A stretch of 64,000 nucleotides of DNA, from assembly GCF_902459465.1 (NCBI RefSeq), contig NC_047079.1, positions 11,594,001 through 11,658,000 on the forward strand. The letters are read 5' to 3'. The stretch comes from Asterias rubens (lineage: Eukaryota). The notes under the pieces were generated by a model that was not told where the DNA came from, made no database searches, and worked only from the letters and a program-made list of their open reading frames with translations. Shown here piece after piece: positions 10,001-21,818 of the stretch. Both the position numbers and the translations under genes were made by a program. Within the stretch, counting starts at the first letter, position 1; every line of letters begins with the position of its first letter.

Positions 10001-13000
10001 TTGTAAGATATTTGTTAAAATCTCAGTTCTACAGAGTTTGTCCTGAAACTTTTCAGTGTCTACAGGGTTTGTCTGGAAACTTTTCAGTGTCTACAGGGTT
10101 TGTCCTGAAACTTTTCAGTGTCTACAGGGTTTGTCCTGAAACTTTTCAGTGTCTACAGGGTTTGTCCTGAAACTTTTCAGTGTCTACAGGGTTTGTCCTG
10201 AAACTTTTCAGTGTCTACAGGGTTTGTCCTGAAACTTTTCAGTGTCTACAGGGTTTGTCCTGAAACTTTTCAGTGTCTACAGGGTTTGTCCGGAAACTTT
10301 TCAGTGTCTACAGGGTTTGTCCTGAAACTTTTCAGTGTCTACAGGGTTTGTCCTGAAACTTTTCAGTGTCTACAGGGTTTGTCCTGAAACTTTTCAGTGT
10401 CTACAGGGTTTGTCCTGAAACTTTTCAGTGTCTACAGGGTTTGTCCTGAAACTTTTCAGTGTCTACAGGGTTTGTTCTGAAACTTTTCAGTGTCTACAGG
10501 GTTTGTCCTGAAACTTTTCAGTGTCTACAGGGTTTGTCCTGAAACTTTTCAGTGTCTACAGGGTTTGTCCTGAAACTTCTCAGTGTCTACAGGGTTTGTC
10601 CTGAAACTTTTCAGTGTCTACAGGGTTTGTCCTGAAACTTTTCAGTGTCTACAGGGTTTGTCCTGAAACTTTTCAGTGTCTACAGGGTCAGTGTCTACAG
10701 GGTTTGTCCTGAAACTTTTCAGTGTCTACAGGGTTTGTCCTGAAACTTTTCAGTGTCTACAGGGTTTGTCCTGAAACTTCTCAGTGTCTACAGGGTTTGT
10801 CCTGAAACTTTTCAGTGTCTGGCCTGCAGCACCAGCTAGCTTGGCATTTCACTGGTTCATATTTTAGCTCTTACTCAATCTAAGCTCCATCAGCTATTCT
10901 GAAATTTGAAACAGGCAAGAAACAGGGTCAGGGTTGACTGTTGAAATTCTCTGTCTCCTTTTGTACACGGGTATTGTAGATAGTTGAGGAAGAAAAAGTT
11001 GTTTGGCGGACAAAGATGTTCGTTGGATTCAAACTAACTTTGTATTTTGTATTTCCTTTCTGAATGTTTTCTTCAGGGTATGTTTGACCAGGATAGACAT
11101 GAATATCTACTGGATGCAGCTTGTGTGCAGTTTGAACCTGATGCCAAAGATTTCATCCGGGTAGGTTTGCAAGTTTGTGTATGCAGTTAACATTTAATAT
11201 TTGAAACTATAATTATTTTTCACTATTTCTTTTTGAAACAGATCCATCAAAAACTAAGTTTATCCACAAAACCCTTCATGGAAAAACTTTATTTTATCCC
11301 CAAACTCAAGGTGGGGGAATCGCGAATAAAATGTTCATCAAGTTGTTTACAATTTTATGAGAATGTTATTGTTGAAAACCTAGATGAATTGGTCCTCAAT
11401 TTTACAGGCATGCAACTTCTGAACAGACGGATGATTTCCCCATCTTCTTTTTTGTGGTTAGTGCTCCATGAGAAACTTAAAAACACATTTCAAATATTGT
11501 GTCCGAGACAGTTTTCTTGTTTTTAAAAGTTTCATTTTCAAAAAACAGTTACCTGCTTTGAAGAGAATAGTATAGGTATGCCCAAAACGGTATGTCAGTC
11601 TCGTCTGTTTAAAGAATTGTTTTAGTAATGTTTTTGTAAGGATTAAATATTTTAAACTATAGTTATGTTTTTTGTCTGCAGTTTCATTAGATATTTGAAA
11701 CTATAATTATTATTTGTCACTATCTCAAGTTTGTTCCTTCATTTTTTGAAACAGATCCATCAAAAAACATATGACGACATAGACGCCAAAGAGAAACATA
11801 ATCTTCTCAGATCAACGCGACACTTTGGTGGACTTGCCTTCTATTTGTCGAGGAAACAACAAATTGACGGACTGTTGGTTGATATGATTAAGAGACACCT
11901 GTAAGTACATTGAGGAGTCTTGGTTCAAGACAACAGCTTAAACCATTTTATTGCATGATTCATCTCCTGAAAAAGCTTTTATTTAAAACTGTTCTATTGT
12001 TATAAGAGATGTTAAATTTGCATTGGGGATAAAGAATATTAATTTTGGTTTTGACCCATACACCGATGTGTGTTAGCACTGTATACTCAGTACTTTCCCG
12101 AGTCCTGTGAAAAATATCACAGGCATGTTACTCTGGTGGGATTCGAACCCACGACCCTTGCAATTCTAGAGCAGTGTCTTACCAACTAGACTACCGAGGT
12201 TGCCCAGCAGCTAGAGGCAGTTCGAATCCTATGTTTTGTGGCAGCGGGTAGAGCAACGATATAAGAGATGTTAAATTTGCATCGGGGATAAAGAATATTA
12301 TTGTTGTTTTGTTTTAGTTTGATACTTTTCAGATTTGTATTGTTGTTTTCGAGTGCATTTTAATGGACCCTTTTTTTTTTTTTTTTTGAGGTTGCAAATA
12401 AATTGCAATTCTATCTATTCTGTGTTTATTATAACATTAGTACATCTCAAACCCGAATTTGACCCCAGAGGGGAACATATTGATGAATCTTTTTTTTCTT
12501 TTCTTTTCCAATCCTACTTTTTCTTCTTGGATGCTTTCCACTTTTGATTTGGTTTGATTTATTTAATCATAGACCATTGTCCCGCTCTGTTTAAGTCTGT
12601 ACTTTATCTGATGTTTGAATTTGTTTTTCCCCCCAGTATTTCCGATGCAGTTGATGTGGTTCATTTGACGCATCTTATGGCACCAGACTCTCCATCAGCC
12701 GTGGAGGTTAAAAACAACAAGCTAGAAGGGATTGACGCTCTGAAGGTAAAACAACACTACAATCGGAGGGGGTGGGGGGGGCTTTTATGGCTGGTGTAAA
12801 CTCTTGCATCGAGATAAAGAATATTATTTTGGTGTTGCCCTTAAACTGATATCTGGTAAAAGCTGTATACTCGGTGCTTCCGGAGTTTTGATATGTGATT
12901 CGAACCCACAGCCTTTGCAATTCTAGAGCATATGTAGTAAACCATTGTAAGCATGGGCAGTGAGTACTGCAGCAATTTGGGTTTGACATTTTACATTCGA

Positions 13001-13404
13001 GAGGGCGAGGCCATTTTCATTTTGCAAAGGGCACTTCTATTAGAAAAATCTGAAAGTCTAGGGTATACTTTGAAGGGGTGAAAAGGCACAGACGAGTGCA
13101 ACAGGGGCTATGGACTTCATGCTTAACCACGCCTGGTGTTTGGCACTTCTCATTAACACTTTCTGTAATTTGTCATGAACGAAACTGTTCAAAGAAAAAA
13201 ATTCATTCTCAGTTGTCCTTTTCCCTAATTTACAAACCTTTTCAATTTTTATTTTTTTATTTTCCCTCTGTCCAACTTCAGGTATTTATTGAGAAGGATG
13301 CCAAGCAAACAGGATTATTAGAACTTGTCCTACAGTCTTATGAGAATGATGTTGCTAACCAAGAAACAGATACCGAGGAGCAAGTTAGTGACAGCCAGAG
13401 ATGA
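7031..13404 (+). CDS. MRPS22: Mitochondrial ribosomal protein S22 (mS22), 8 coding exons, 349 aa
   Basis: Exons 7031-7163, 7897-8042, 8744-8908, 9602-9745, 11077-11160, 11755-11900, 12637-12745, 13282-13404 (1050 nt, in frame). Motifs: [81 protein letters not shown]. Basic N-terminus consistent with a presequence. Confidence 0.96.
8068..8447. mobile_element. MITE family A (opposite orientation)
   Basis: gacactggacacc…gtgtccactgcctttaa. The interior is the reverse complement of the 727-1110 copy. Confidence 0.8.
9248..9416. repeat. Tandem duplication, 2 copies of about 80-90 bp, in MRPS22 intron 3
   Basis: cagccattagcaca…gcaaagcaaaaggcatact…cttgtaaggaaacccattgtgaaccaa occurs twice head-to-tail. 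Confidence 0.85.
10029..10820. repeat. 31-bp minisatellite, about 25 copies, in MRPS22 intron 4
   Basis: Unit gggtttgtcctgaaacttttcagtgtctaca (period 31, e.g. 10085 to 10116). Nearly homogeneous, with one truncated unit near 10685. Confidence 0.97.
11183..11254 (+). pseudogene. Duplicate of the MRPS22 intron 5 3' end and first 13 nt of exon 6 (decoy acceptor)
   Basis: atatttgaaactataattat…tttttgaaacag|atccatcaaaaa occurs at 11197-11254 and again at the real junction, about 11691-11767. Confidence 0.85.
12001..12300 (-). mobile_element. tRNA-derived interspersed repeat bounded by 40-bp direct repeats
   Basis: Minus-strand head ggtagtctagttggtaagacactgctctagaattgcaagggtcgtgggttcgaatcccacc. 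Relatives at about 12800-12940, 39870-39930 and 59975-60075. Confidence 0.75.
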
Positions 13405-14132
13405 AGAAAGACAATCAGAGTAAGCTGAACTCTGATCAGTCGGGTAACCTCCAGGGGCCAATTTCATAAAGTGTTTAAGCAGAAAATACCGCTGGGGCTC
13501 AGCAATTTTTCTCTGCTAAGCATAAATCAAGTGTAAATCTACTGATCTGCACACCCAGTTTAGACCATGGGGTTACTCAGGCACCAGCACATTACCCTAG
13601 TCCTTTGTTTTAGAGGTTCCTTAAATCCTCTGAAATGTCATGCCCATGAAGTTTAGGGGGCTTCATCATCATCTCATACTGTTGTGTGCAAGGAAAACAC
13701 AACCAGACCTCTTTTTTAACAATATTTATGCATTTATTCAGTGCAAAGTATATTAAAAAATAAAAAGCAGTTAAAACATTTTTGTTGTGGGGGATATATT
13801 ACAAGGTACAGGGATTCTAACTTGATTTGTGCTTCCATCGACGATGTACATAACTCTTAATTTGTGAGATTTGCACACAAAATCCAGCAGAATTGTTGCT
13901 CTGGATATCTAATTTGAAAACTTCAGCAAATGAGACAAGAATACTTCACAGAGACTGATTAATGTTTTTGTTTGATATTGTGACATTTACAATAAAATAA
14001 GTCATATACAATGACTTCTGTACAAATTAAAATAGTTTGACTGGAAGATTCTGTTTGTCGGGTGTTTTAAACGTCTTCCAAAGTGTAAGAGAACATTGTA
14101 TTTGTAGATCAAGATTCACTCCTTGATTTTAG

Positions 14133-14513
14133 TTAAAGGAACACGTTGCCTTGGATCGGACGACTTGGTCTATAAAAAAGCGTTTGTAACCGTTTGTTAT
14201 AAACTGCATATGGTTAGAAAGATGTTTTAAAAGGAGAAGACAACAATCCACACAAGTTTGCCTCGAACTTGCGTGGTTTTCCTTTTACTTTGCAAACTAA
14301 CACGGTCGGCCATTTATGCGAGTCAAAAACTTGACTCCCATAAATGGCCGACCGTGTTAGTCGACGAGGTAATAGGAAAATCGGGCAATTTCAAGGCATG
14401 TTTGTGTGGATCATTGTATTCTACTTTTACAGCATCTTTCTACCCATATGCATTTTATAACAAACGCTTTTCAAAGACCAACTCGACCGATCCAAGGCAA
14501 TGTGTTCCTTTAA
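14133..14513. mobile_element. MITE family C, TTAA-flanked
   Basis: TTAAaggaacacgttgccttggatcgg…ccgatccaaggcaatgtgttcctTTAA. Confidence 0.88.
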
Positions 14514-15028
14514 GTTAGTAGATAGTATTTGAGGCATTGCATGGTGAGGTATCAATATATATTTGGTTTGCGGTAACACCATGTGTGTATCTACTTGCCA
14601 GGTAGAGTTTGTTCTTAGAGAACTGTCTTGCTTAATTCTACTACCGCAGAGTAGATTGTTCGGGTGTTCGGGAGACTTCTCAGTTCTGAAAAGAACTGTC
14701 CTGCTTATTAACTATTACCTGGGCAGATGGTACAGAAATAGGCTGGGACTACTACTTTAGCAAATTAGTAGAGTTGTGACTTTGCCTTCCTCAGCTCAGA
14801 TCAGTTGTTCTGGAGACCTATAAGGGTTTCCCTGTTGCCTCTTGCACACTAAAACTGAACACTTTGTTGACTTCTTTTACAGTTATTATTCAGCCCAACA
14901 GTACACTACATTTTCGATGCATTAGTTTTAATTAACACCACACAGCTATGTATATTGTGAATAAAATAATAACCAAAATGAAACACAACACAGATCAACT
15001 CTACTTAGGTACACTTAGTGTTACTAGC

Positions 15029-15144
15029 AATAGATGGATTACAATACGCGTCATCGATCGCCATCTTTGATGTATTAACAAGGGGAAAAGTGCACACGTG
15101 TACGCGCTGTGCGTGCACTTTTCCCGTATTGCAATCCATCTATT
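15029..15144. mobile_element. Small inverted-repeat element with an inner palindrome
   Basis: aatagatggattacaatacg…cgtattgcaatccatctatt enclosing ggaaaagtgcac…gtgcacttttcc. Confidence 0.65.
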
Positions 15145-15795
15145 CATTCAATCCCTTCACTACATGGTAGCTTAACCCCCACAGTTAGGGGCTTTGATCT
15201 GCCACGCATAGTTGGTTTAGGCTATGCACTGCAGTACTGAATGCAGCAGGATTTTAAAGCAAAACCTGGGATAGATTTTTTTAGACTTTTCTAGGTGGTC
15301 TGGCAAGGCAATATCCCAAGTTCATCAAAATCTTTCGGAATTCTACCACTTTTTGTTTTGGGTAAGATTTCTATGAATACACTCTTATTAAAAGAAACCA
15401 CATTCTAAACGCTCAATAAAAGTCTATTGAGCTAAATAAAACGAGCACATTTTCAGGCAAATAGTTCAACAAATAATGTTCACAGTCCACTGATACAGCA
15501 TAATCCACTCTTCTGATGTCCAATGAAATGCATATCGTCTGTTGATGTTTGTCAACAAATTGAGAGACAGTTTTGTTTGCCTATGAGATGACGCTCAATT
15601 TTGATCAGTGAACGATTTCCCTTGCATAGCGAAGCAAATTGTATCAGTTGCTACTCAACAATCGTCAGTTGCTACTGAATATCAGCATTTAGTCTGCACA
15701 AAACTTGTTCAGTCTATATATTTTGCCTTCTGCCATGCAAAATTGGTGGACGAAATCGTTCTCTGCTAATGTATGAATCCAGAAGTTCTTGTTCA

Positions 15796-18700
15796 TCAAA
15801 CGTCTAGATCATCATCAGGGTCTTCCTCATCCATATCGTCAGCCTCGTCCGGTTCGTAAAATATCTTCCCCGATCCCTCCGTGCTGCCGATTTTTATTGT
15901 ACGCCTGAGTAAAACAATGACAAAACAAAAAGTTATCAAATAATAAACCCTTTTGTTCAACACAAAAAAAATAAAAAAGGTATGTAAAAAATAGTTCACC
16001 CTTAGGTTTTGTAAAGATATCATTACACACAAAAATAATTTGATAGGGCCCCAAGTCCAGGGGCATGGAGGTGATTGCCTCTGTCAAGCCTGGTTGACTT
16101 TTTCATACTTTAGTCTGTGAACATTTTAGTGCGTGTTAACATATTTGAGAGAGAATACCAATAGACAATACCCATGAAATATGTAATTGCACATAGCGCT
16201 CGCGCACTAACGTTTTGGTTGGCGAAATGAGGGAACATCGCGTGTGCGTGACGCAGACGCGATTGCACGTCTGCTTAGTGCACAACTCTATGGTGTTTGC
16301 CAACCACCAGGGTCTGTACGCATGCGTGAATATAATTAGCATGTTTCATGGGAAGGGTCCATTGTATTGCCAGCTTGGCCCCGAGGTGATACCTCATTGC
16401 AGAAAGACCCTCTCAAGAAATTAATAATCATACATTATGTAAAACTCACTGAGAGATATTACCTTTCTTGTACTTTGGTGTATGGCAAGACGACTTTGTC
16501 TTTCGCTAGTCTTTCCGAGTCTCTCAATGTCAAGTTAAAGGTTAGGTTCGCTGTCGGGTCAGGCTGTGGGAAAACAAAGTCAGAAATGAAAAAGCATTTA
16601 ACCTAAGCAATTTATCAAGCGGTATTTTCTGTTGAACAAGTGTGAATTATTTGCCCCGTGTAGGAATGCTACTCCAAAATCATCATTTGTTACTAACTTG
16701 CTCAATATTTGCGTTCCGTGTGCACAAAACATGCCTGGACAGTATAAATGCAAAATGGTTCCTTTAACAACATGTAACAACTTTTACCATTTGGCACATT
16801 TTGTTTTATCTAGAAGGCACAGAGTTAGTGCTATAATAATGTCTAGTTGTTGTTGATGTTGTTGTTGTTGTTTGTGTTTTGTTCCTTACCTGTGGATCAG
16901 ACTCCACTTCAAGGTTTGCTGTTCCTTTGTCTGGAAACACAAACAGCTGGTAATCATGATCAACACTGAAACCTTCTCTCTGTGTACAAAAACAGGATAA
17001 CAATTACTTGATTATAATAAAAGAGGGTTCGAGCGGGGCTTAGGCTCCAGCTGCCATTTAGAAGCCATGTACTGAAAGCACATGTTTAAAGGAACACGTT
17101 GCCTTGGATCGGTCAAGTTGTTCTTTGAAAAGCGTTTGTAACTGTTTGTTATAAAATGCATATGATTAGAAAGATATTTTAAAAGTAGAATACAATGATC
17201 CACACAAGTATCGCTCGAAATTACGTGGTTTTCCTTTAACCTCGTCGACTAACATGGTCGGCCATTTATGGGAGTCAAAAATTTGACTCCCATAAATGGC
17301 CGACCGTGTTAGTTCTCACAGTAAAAGGAAAACCACGCAATTTCGATGCAAACTTGTGTGGATCATTGTATTCTACTTTTAAAACATCTTTCCAAACATA
17401 TGCATTTTTTTTTTTAACGGCTACAAACGCTTTTTATAGACCAACTCGTCCGATCCAAGGCAACGTGTTCCTTTAAGCAGAAGAAAGGATTTCAATAATA
17501 GGGCCATTGTTTGATCATTTGACCCACTGGTCAAAGATTTATTAAATACACCATACTGTTAAGAGGGTAGTGCATTCTGCTCTACAGCCAGGCTCCTAGT
17601 GGATGAGACTGTGAAGGGGGTAACCCTGTTTCTGCCCTGCCTATGAGTAGGTGGCAGCCTGTCCCTGGTGACAGTTGATTTGGGCTGTAAACCCAAATCG
17701 GTGAAGTGTAGCCCTTATTTTGTAGTGGCTGTCCTGTCCGTGGCCTTGTGAGGTTAGGCGATCTCTAATTAATGTGTTTTTTAAACTGTAGGAAAAGGGC
17801 AGTGATACACCTGTAACTGCAATACTTACTATTCGTATAACTTTCCCAGATTTCCTTCTATGTACTAACTCACAGAGTGCCGTGGGTTCTTCTTGAATAG
17901 GAGCTATGGACCGGTATGGTTCTAAGTATAGAACTGACGACGCTAGGTGACAGATGGCGCTTGTGGCTGATACATCATGAACGTCTTGATGTAGGAGACA
18001 TATCACTTGTGAAATCTCAGGACCTTAAAATAATCAAAATGAACATTCCGATAAACTCTAATACTGATTAAAAGTCACAAAAATATAGTGTACTCTTCTA
18101 CATCCATTGTTCAGCTTGATTCTGGGCAAAAACATTTCCTTTATTAACCATCCTACTCTTTGTGCCATTTTCCTGTGTGCCGCTGTGTGATGCATACACC
18201 ACTTGTATACCATTGCAAGTTGGACTAGTTTTTATATTCAAAACTAGTGGATTGAATGGTCAGACAGTAGGAGGGTTGACTGTGTAGTATGAAGATACAT
18301 TCACCACATGATATCGTATAGCGGGCAGGCAGTGTATCTATCATTCAAAACCTCAGTGGGTAATATTGATTGGTCAGACAGTAGGAGGGTTGACTGTGTA
18401 GTATGAAGATGCATTCACCACATGGTATCGTATAGCGGGCAGGCAGTGTATCTATCATTCAAAACCTCAGTGGGTAATATTGATTGGTCAGACAGTAGGA
18501 GGGTTCACTGTGTAGTACTGTGTAGTTGATTCACATCAACTAATACTAATCTGCAAAACAAAGCTCGGGGGACGGAGACAATTGCCTTTGTTCCTTTGTG
18601 ATGTATACCTAGCTTTCCACAAAAAAAACTTTAAAATCATGTACTTAACAGCTTTTAAACTGCCAAAGGAAAAAGGGTAGTTATGATGATACATGTACAT

Positions 18701-21618
18701 CTTTTTTTTAATCAACCAATTTGGGGCTGGAGGACAAATAGTCTATGGTTTAGTTCTTTATCAATGACTGAACATTTGGATTCCGACAAGGTGATGCAAC
18801 AAATGGCCTTGAACTTCGCTCTTGAATGTACACGGCAATTTCCCTTGTTAAGTCAATTTCGAGGCCCGAGCTATTACCTTCCCAATCAGAAGAGTGTGCG
18901 AGTTGATGCAGTGCTTTACAGACCATCGTGACTGATTTATGTAAGATGACTGGAGAAAGAGAATCAATGATAACGGCGATGGTTTGGGTTCCTGTGACTG
19001 TGTGATGCTCTAAGTGGGATTGGAAATCTGTCAGTGTGCTGAAGTGGAGCAGGTTGTGGTCCTCTGAAGAACTAAAAGGAAAAATAAGAATGATTTTGTT
19101 AAATTAATAGAAACTCTTTTAAACTCACATAGGTTTGTCTGGTGAACTTTTAATAAAAAAGTATTGTTTAAACAAACAATTTGAAAGAGTATAATTGTTT
19201 AAATTTCAAAAAACAAAGTATGGTCTTTTTTCATCAAAACTGAAAGTATTTATTTGTTGTAAAACCTCAAAAGGGCTTTTTGAGGCAATGAAAACATGTC
19301 CGGCAAGAAAAAGGCTGGTGCTTTTTATTATACAGTATTATCAGTGTTGTTACGATACGAGTGAACAGGGAACCAAACATGGCCATACTGTAGTGAATAT
19401 ACCCCCTTTTCACTATAGTGGTATGGTTCAGTGCTCAGCTTCCTCCCCTGTGGAGGATATGGACAAGTCCTGAGCCCAATCTCATAGAGCTGCTAAGCAC
19501 ACAAATTTGCTTAGCATGAAGTTTCTCCCTTGATAAAAACAGGATTACCAACCAAATTTCCATTTTTTGCATATTGCTTGTAATACTGGTATTCAGCTGT
19601 CATTTGCTTATCCTGAAAATCACATGGAAATTTGGTTGGTAATCCTGTTTTTATCACGGAAGAAATTTCATGCTAAGCAAATGTTTGTGCTTAGCAGCTC
19701 TATGAAATTGGGCCCAGGTCAGTGACTGTTGAGGTTGAAAGCTTGTTACTGTTCAATATGTGTTCCTTTATCAAACTTCACCTGTATACATTGTTGGTAA
19801 AAACCACTAAACCAGTTCTTTTTGTTCAGTAAATCATTGACATGTGTAATGGCCATTTAGTACAACATTCTTTTTAAAGAATGACATTCCTTTAGTCTTT
19901 AACTTTCACAACCCTGGTCAGGGAATGCTAGACTGGGTTGAGTTGGCTTTTTGGGTGCGGCCAGGCAACATCTTGTGTGTGGAGGGCTGAGGCTTGGCAT
20001 ACTGGGTTGATGAAAGTACATGTAATTGTATTGGTGCGCTGCGTGCTAGCTCTCATTTCAAGTAAGTTTCCTTTGATAACTTAGAGGGTAATTCTAGAGT
20101 TTTAGCTTAGCTATTTTATTTAACTGTAGTTCTGTACCAGCCACAAAGTCTCTACATTTAGTTTGCCCCACAACATTCTGTTTTACATGCATTTTAAAGA
20201 GTTTATTCACAATACATTTTGTCTGTTTTATCGAGGAAGTTTAAGTAGTTTTGTAGTCAGCTTTTGAGAGCAGTAATTAAAATAAATTGGCCATTTTTGT
20301 GGCTGGAAGTAAAAGCCACCCAAAAACTGTGGTTCGTTTCCTTAACTTGTTGGTGCACCCTGTTTATGCTACATGACTTACCTAACACCATTCCACTCCA
20401 AAGGGTCTGACCATCCATCATGACATGTGACCTTTGACCTCACAGCTGGGTCAAATCCAGATAAGAATACTGTCGGTGAGCGGTCAAACATAAAAACATG
20501 AACTTGATCCACCCTGGAAAAAACAAAATAGATGAGATTAAATTTGCACAAATTAGCAGGCAAAACAAAAAGCACAAGTCGATGTTATCGTTTAAAATAA
20601 ACAAAGAAATATAATCTAGAAGTTGTTTACTGAGATAAGTAATCTTTTTCTGGCTGGATGAAAAGCCAGAAAATGTGCTATTTTTTTGTAAATGAGTAAC
20701 CAATATTACCGACCTGCTGGCAAGAACATTTGTAAGACATCGAAGTAAAGGTCTACCACTGATATCCACAGAATCTGATGATACAGAATGAAATAAAATC
20801 AATGATAAGTAAATGATACACTACAGAAACCACCCTTCCTTCTTGTTAACCAGACTGATTTTGCAATTGTTTCATACCGTCTACTTTTGTTTCTACTACA
20901 CAATCATTCATAACCATCGTCAAAGTTGGGACAAATTTATGAAATTGCGTGACTGTTTGTATGGTAAAGAATTTCGATTTCACAACACAAAAGTCAATAG
21001 TCATTTATAATAAAAAATATAATCATATCACTTGACAAGTTACAATGCCATTATTTCAATTTGGATAACTTTCCGTATGGCGCCACCACTTTTTCACTCA
21101 TTTTTACAAAAAGGGATATATCAATCAGGTAAATAAGTTCCTATATTATTTCATATCGAATGAAAAAGTGGTGGCGCCATACGGAAACTTTTCCTTCAAT
21201 ATAATAAATATCAAAATTTACAATTGTGTATCACAGTATCACTCACCTACAATACAATGAAAATCAAACAAAGTAAATACAACTATTGTTTGGACTTTAA
21301 TAATAACAAACTGTTTTGTTGAGTCGAGTCTTCCCTCCACGAAAATGAAAACAAAAACACATTAAACCATGCAACACATTGGTTTTTATCATGTTATTAT
21401 GCAGTAATTACTAACACTAAACAGTAAACACAAACCATAGAGAAAGCACACGTAACAATAGTAAAAATAGTGCAATGATGACATCATTTCATTCACCACT
21501 TCACATTGTGAATTGACATTTTGGTAAACAAATTAAAAAGCACCAGTTTTATACCTTGTACAACAACCAAAGAACTGCTTTCATTTCCATTTACAATCTG
21601 CTGAAGTAGGGATGCCAT
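15796..21618 (-). CDS. ELP5: Elongator complex protein 5, 8 coding exons, 314 aa
   Basis: Exons 21555-21618, 20714-20774, 20382-20513, 18878-19071, 17830-18023, 16890-16979, 16463-16563, 15796-15904 (945 nt, in frame). Motifs: MASLLQQIVNGNESSSLVVVQDSVDISGRPLL, CHDGWSDPLEW, VIIDSLSP, PDPTANLTFNLTL, and the C-terminal KIFYEPDEADDMDEEDPDDDLDV*. Confidence 0.93.
17086..17476. mobile_element. MITE family C, TTAA-flanked
   Basis: TTAAaggaacacgttgccttggatcgg…ccgatccaaggcaacgtgttcctTTAA. Confidence 0.88.
18251..18515. repeat. 114-bp tandem repeat, about 2.3 copies, in an ELP5 intron
   Basis: ggtcagacagtaggagggttgactgtgtagta recurs at 18258, 18372 and 18486. Confidence 0.9.
19469..19718. mobile_element. 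Foldback MITE (family E) with ~95-bp inverted arms
   Basis: cctgagcccaatctcatagagctgctaagcac…gtgcttagcagctctatgaaattgggcccagg. Degenerate relatives at about 13456, 23563-23797, 30408, 36777, 45068, 54147-54404, 56530 and 61417-61615. Confidence 0.85.
21062..21195. mobile_element. ~135-bp hairpin MITE (family D)
   Basis: ggataactttccgtatggcgccaccactttttca…tgaaaaagtggtggcgccatacggaaacttttcc. Another copy at 47763-47897 and rearranged arms at about 6510-6675. Confidence 0.85.
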
Positions 21619-21818
21619 CCTCAAAAATACCTTGAATCTCTCAGCTAATTAAAAGTGTGTTTGAATTCGTGGAAAATAGTAAACAAATCTCCGATCCTTT
21701 TGCGAATGCACACCATGTGTTTTCCTTGTTTGAAATGCTGCCAGTGGTGCTTGAACTCTGACCTGGCATTGTTGTACGCATGAGCAGTAGCCTTGTCAAC
21801 AACATAATGAGCTTCAAA

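Noticed and set aside
10029-10820. 31-bp array as a CRISPR locus
   Set aside because: The units are contiguous with no unique spacers, there are no cas genes, and the context is a eukaryotic intron.
17641-17829. C-terminal part of ORF 17641..18006 as coding
   Set aside because: It is read-through past the GTAAGT donor at 17829 into intron and SINE-derived sequence.
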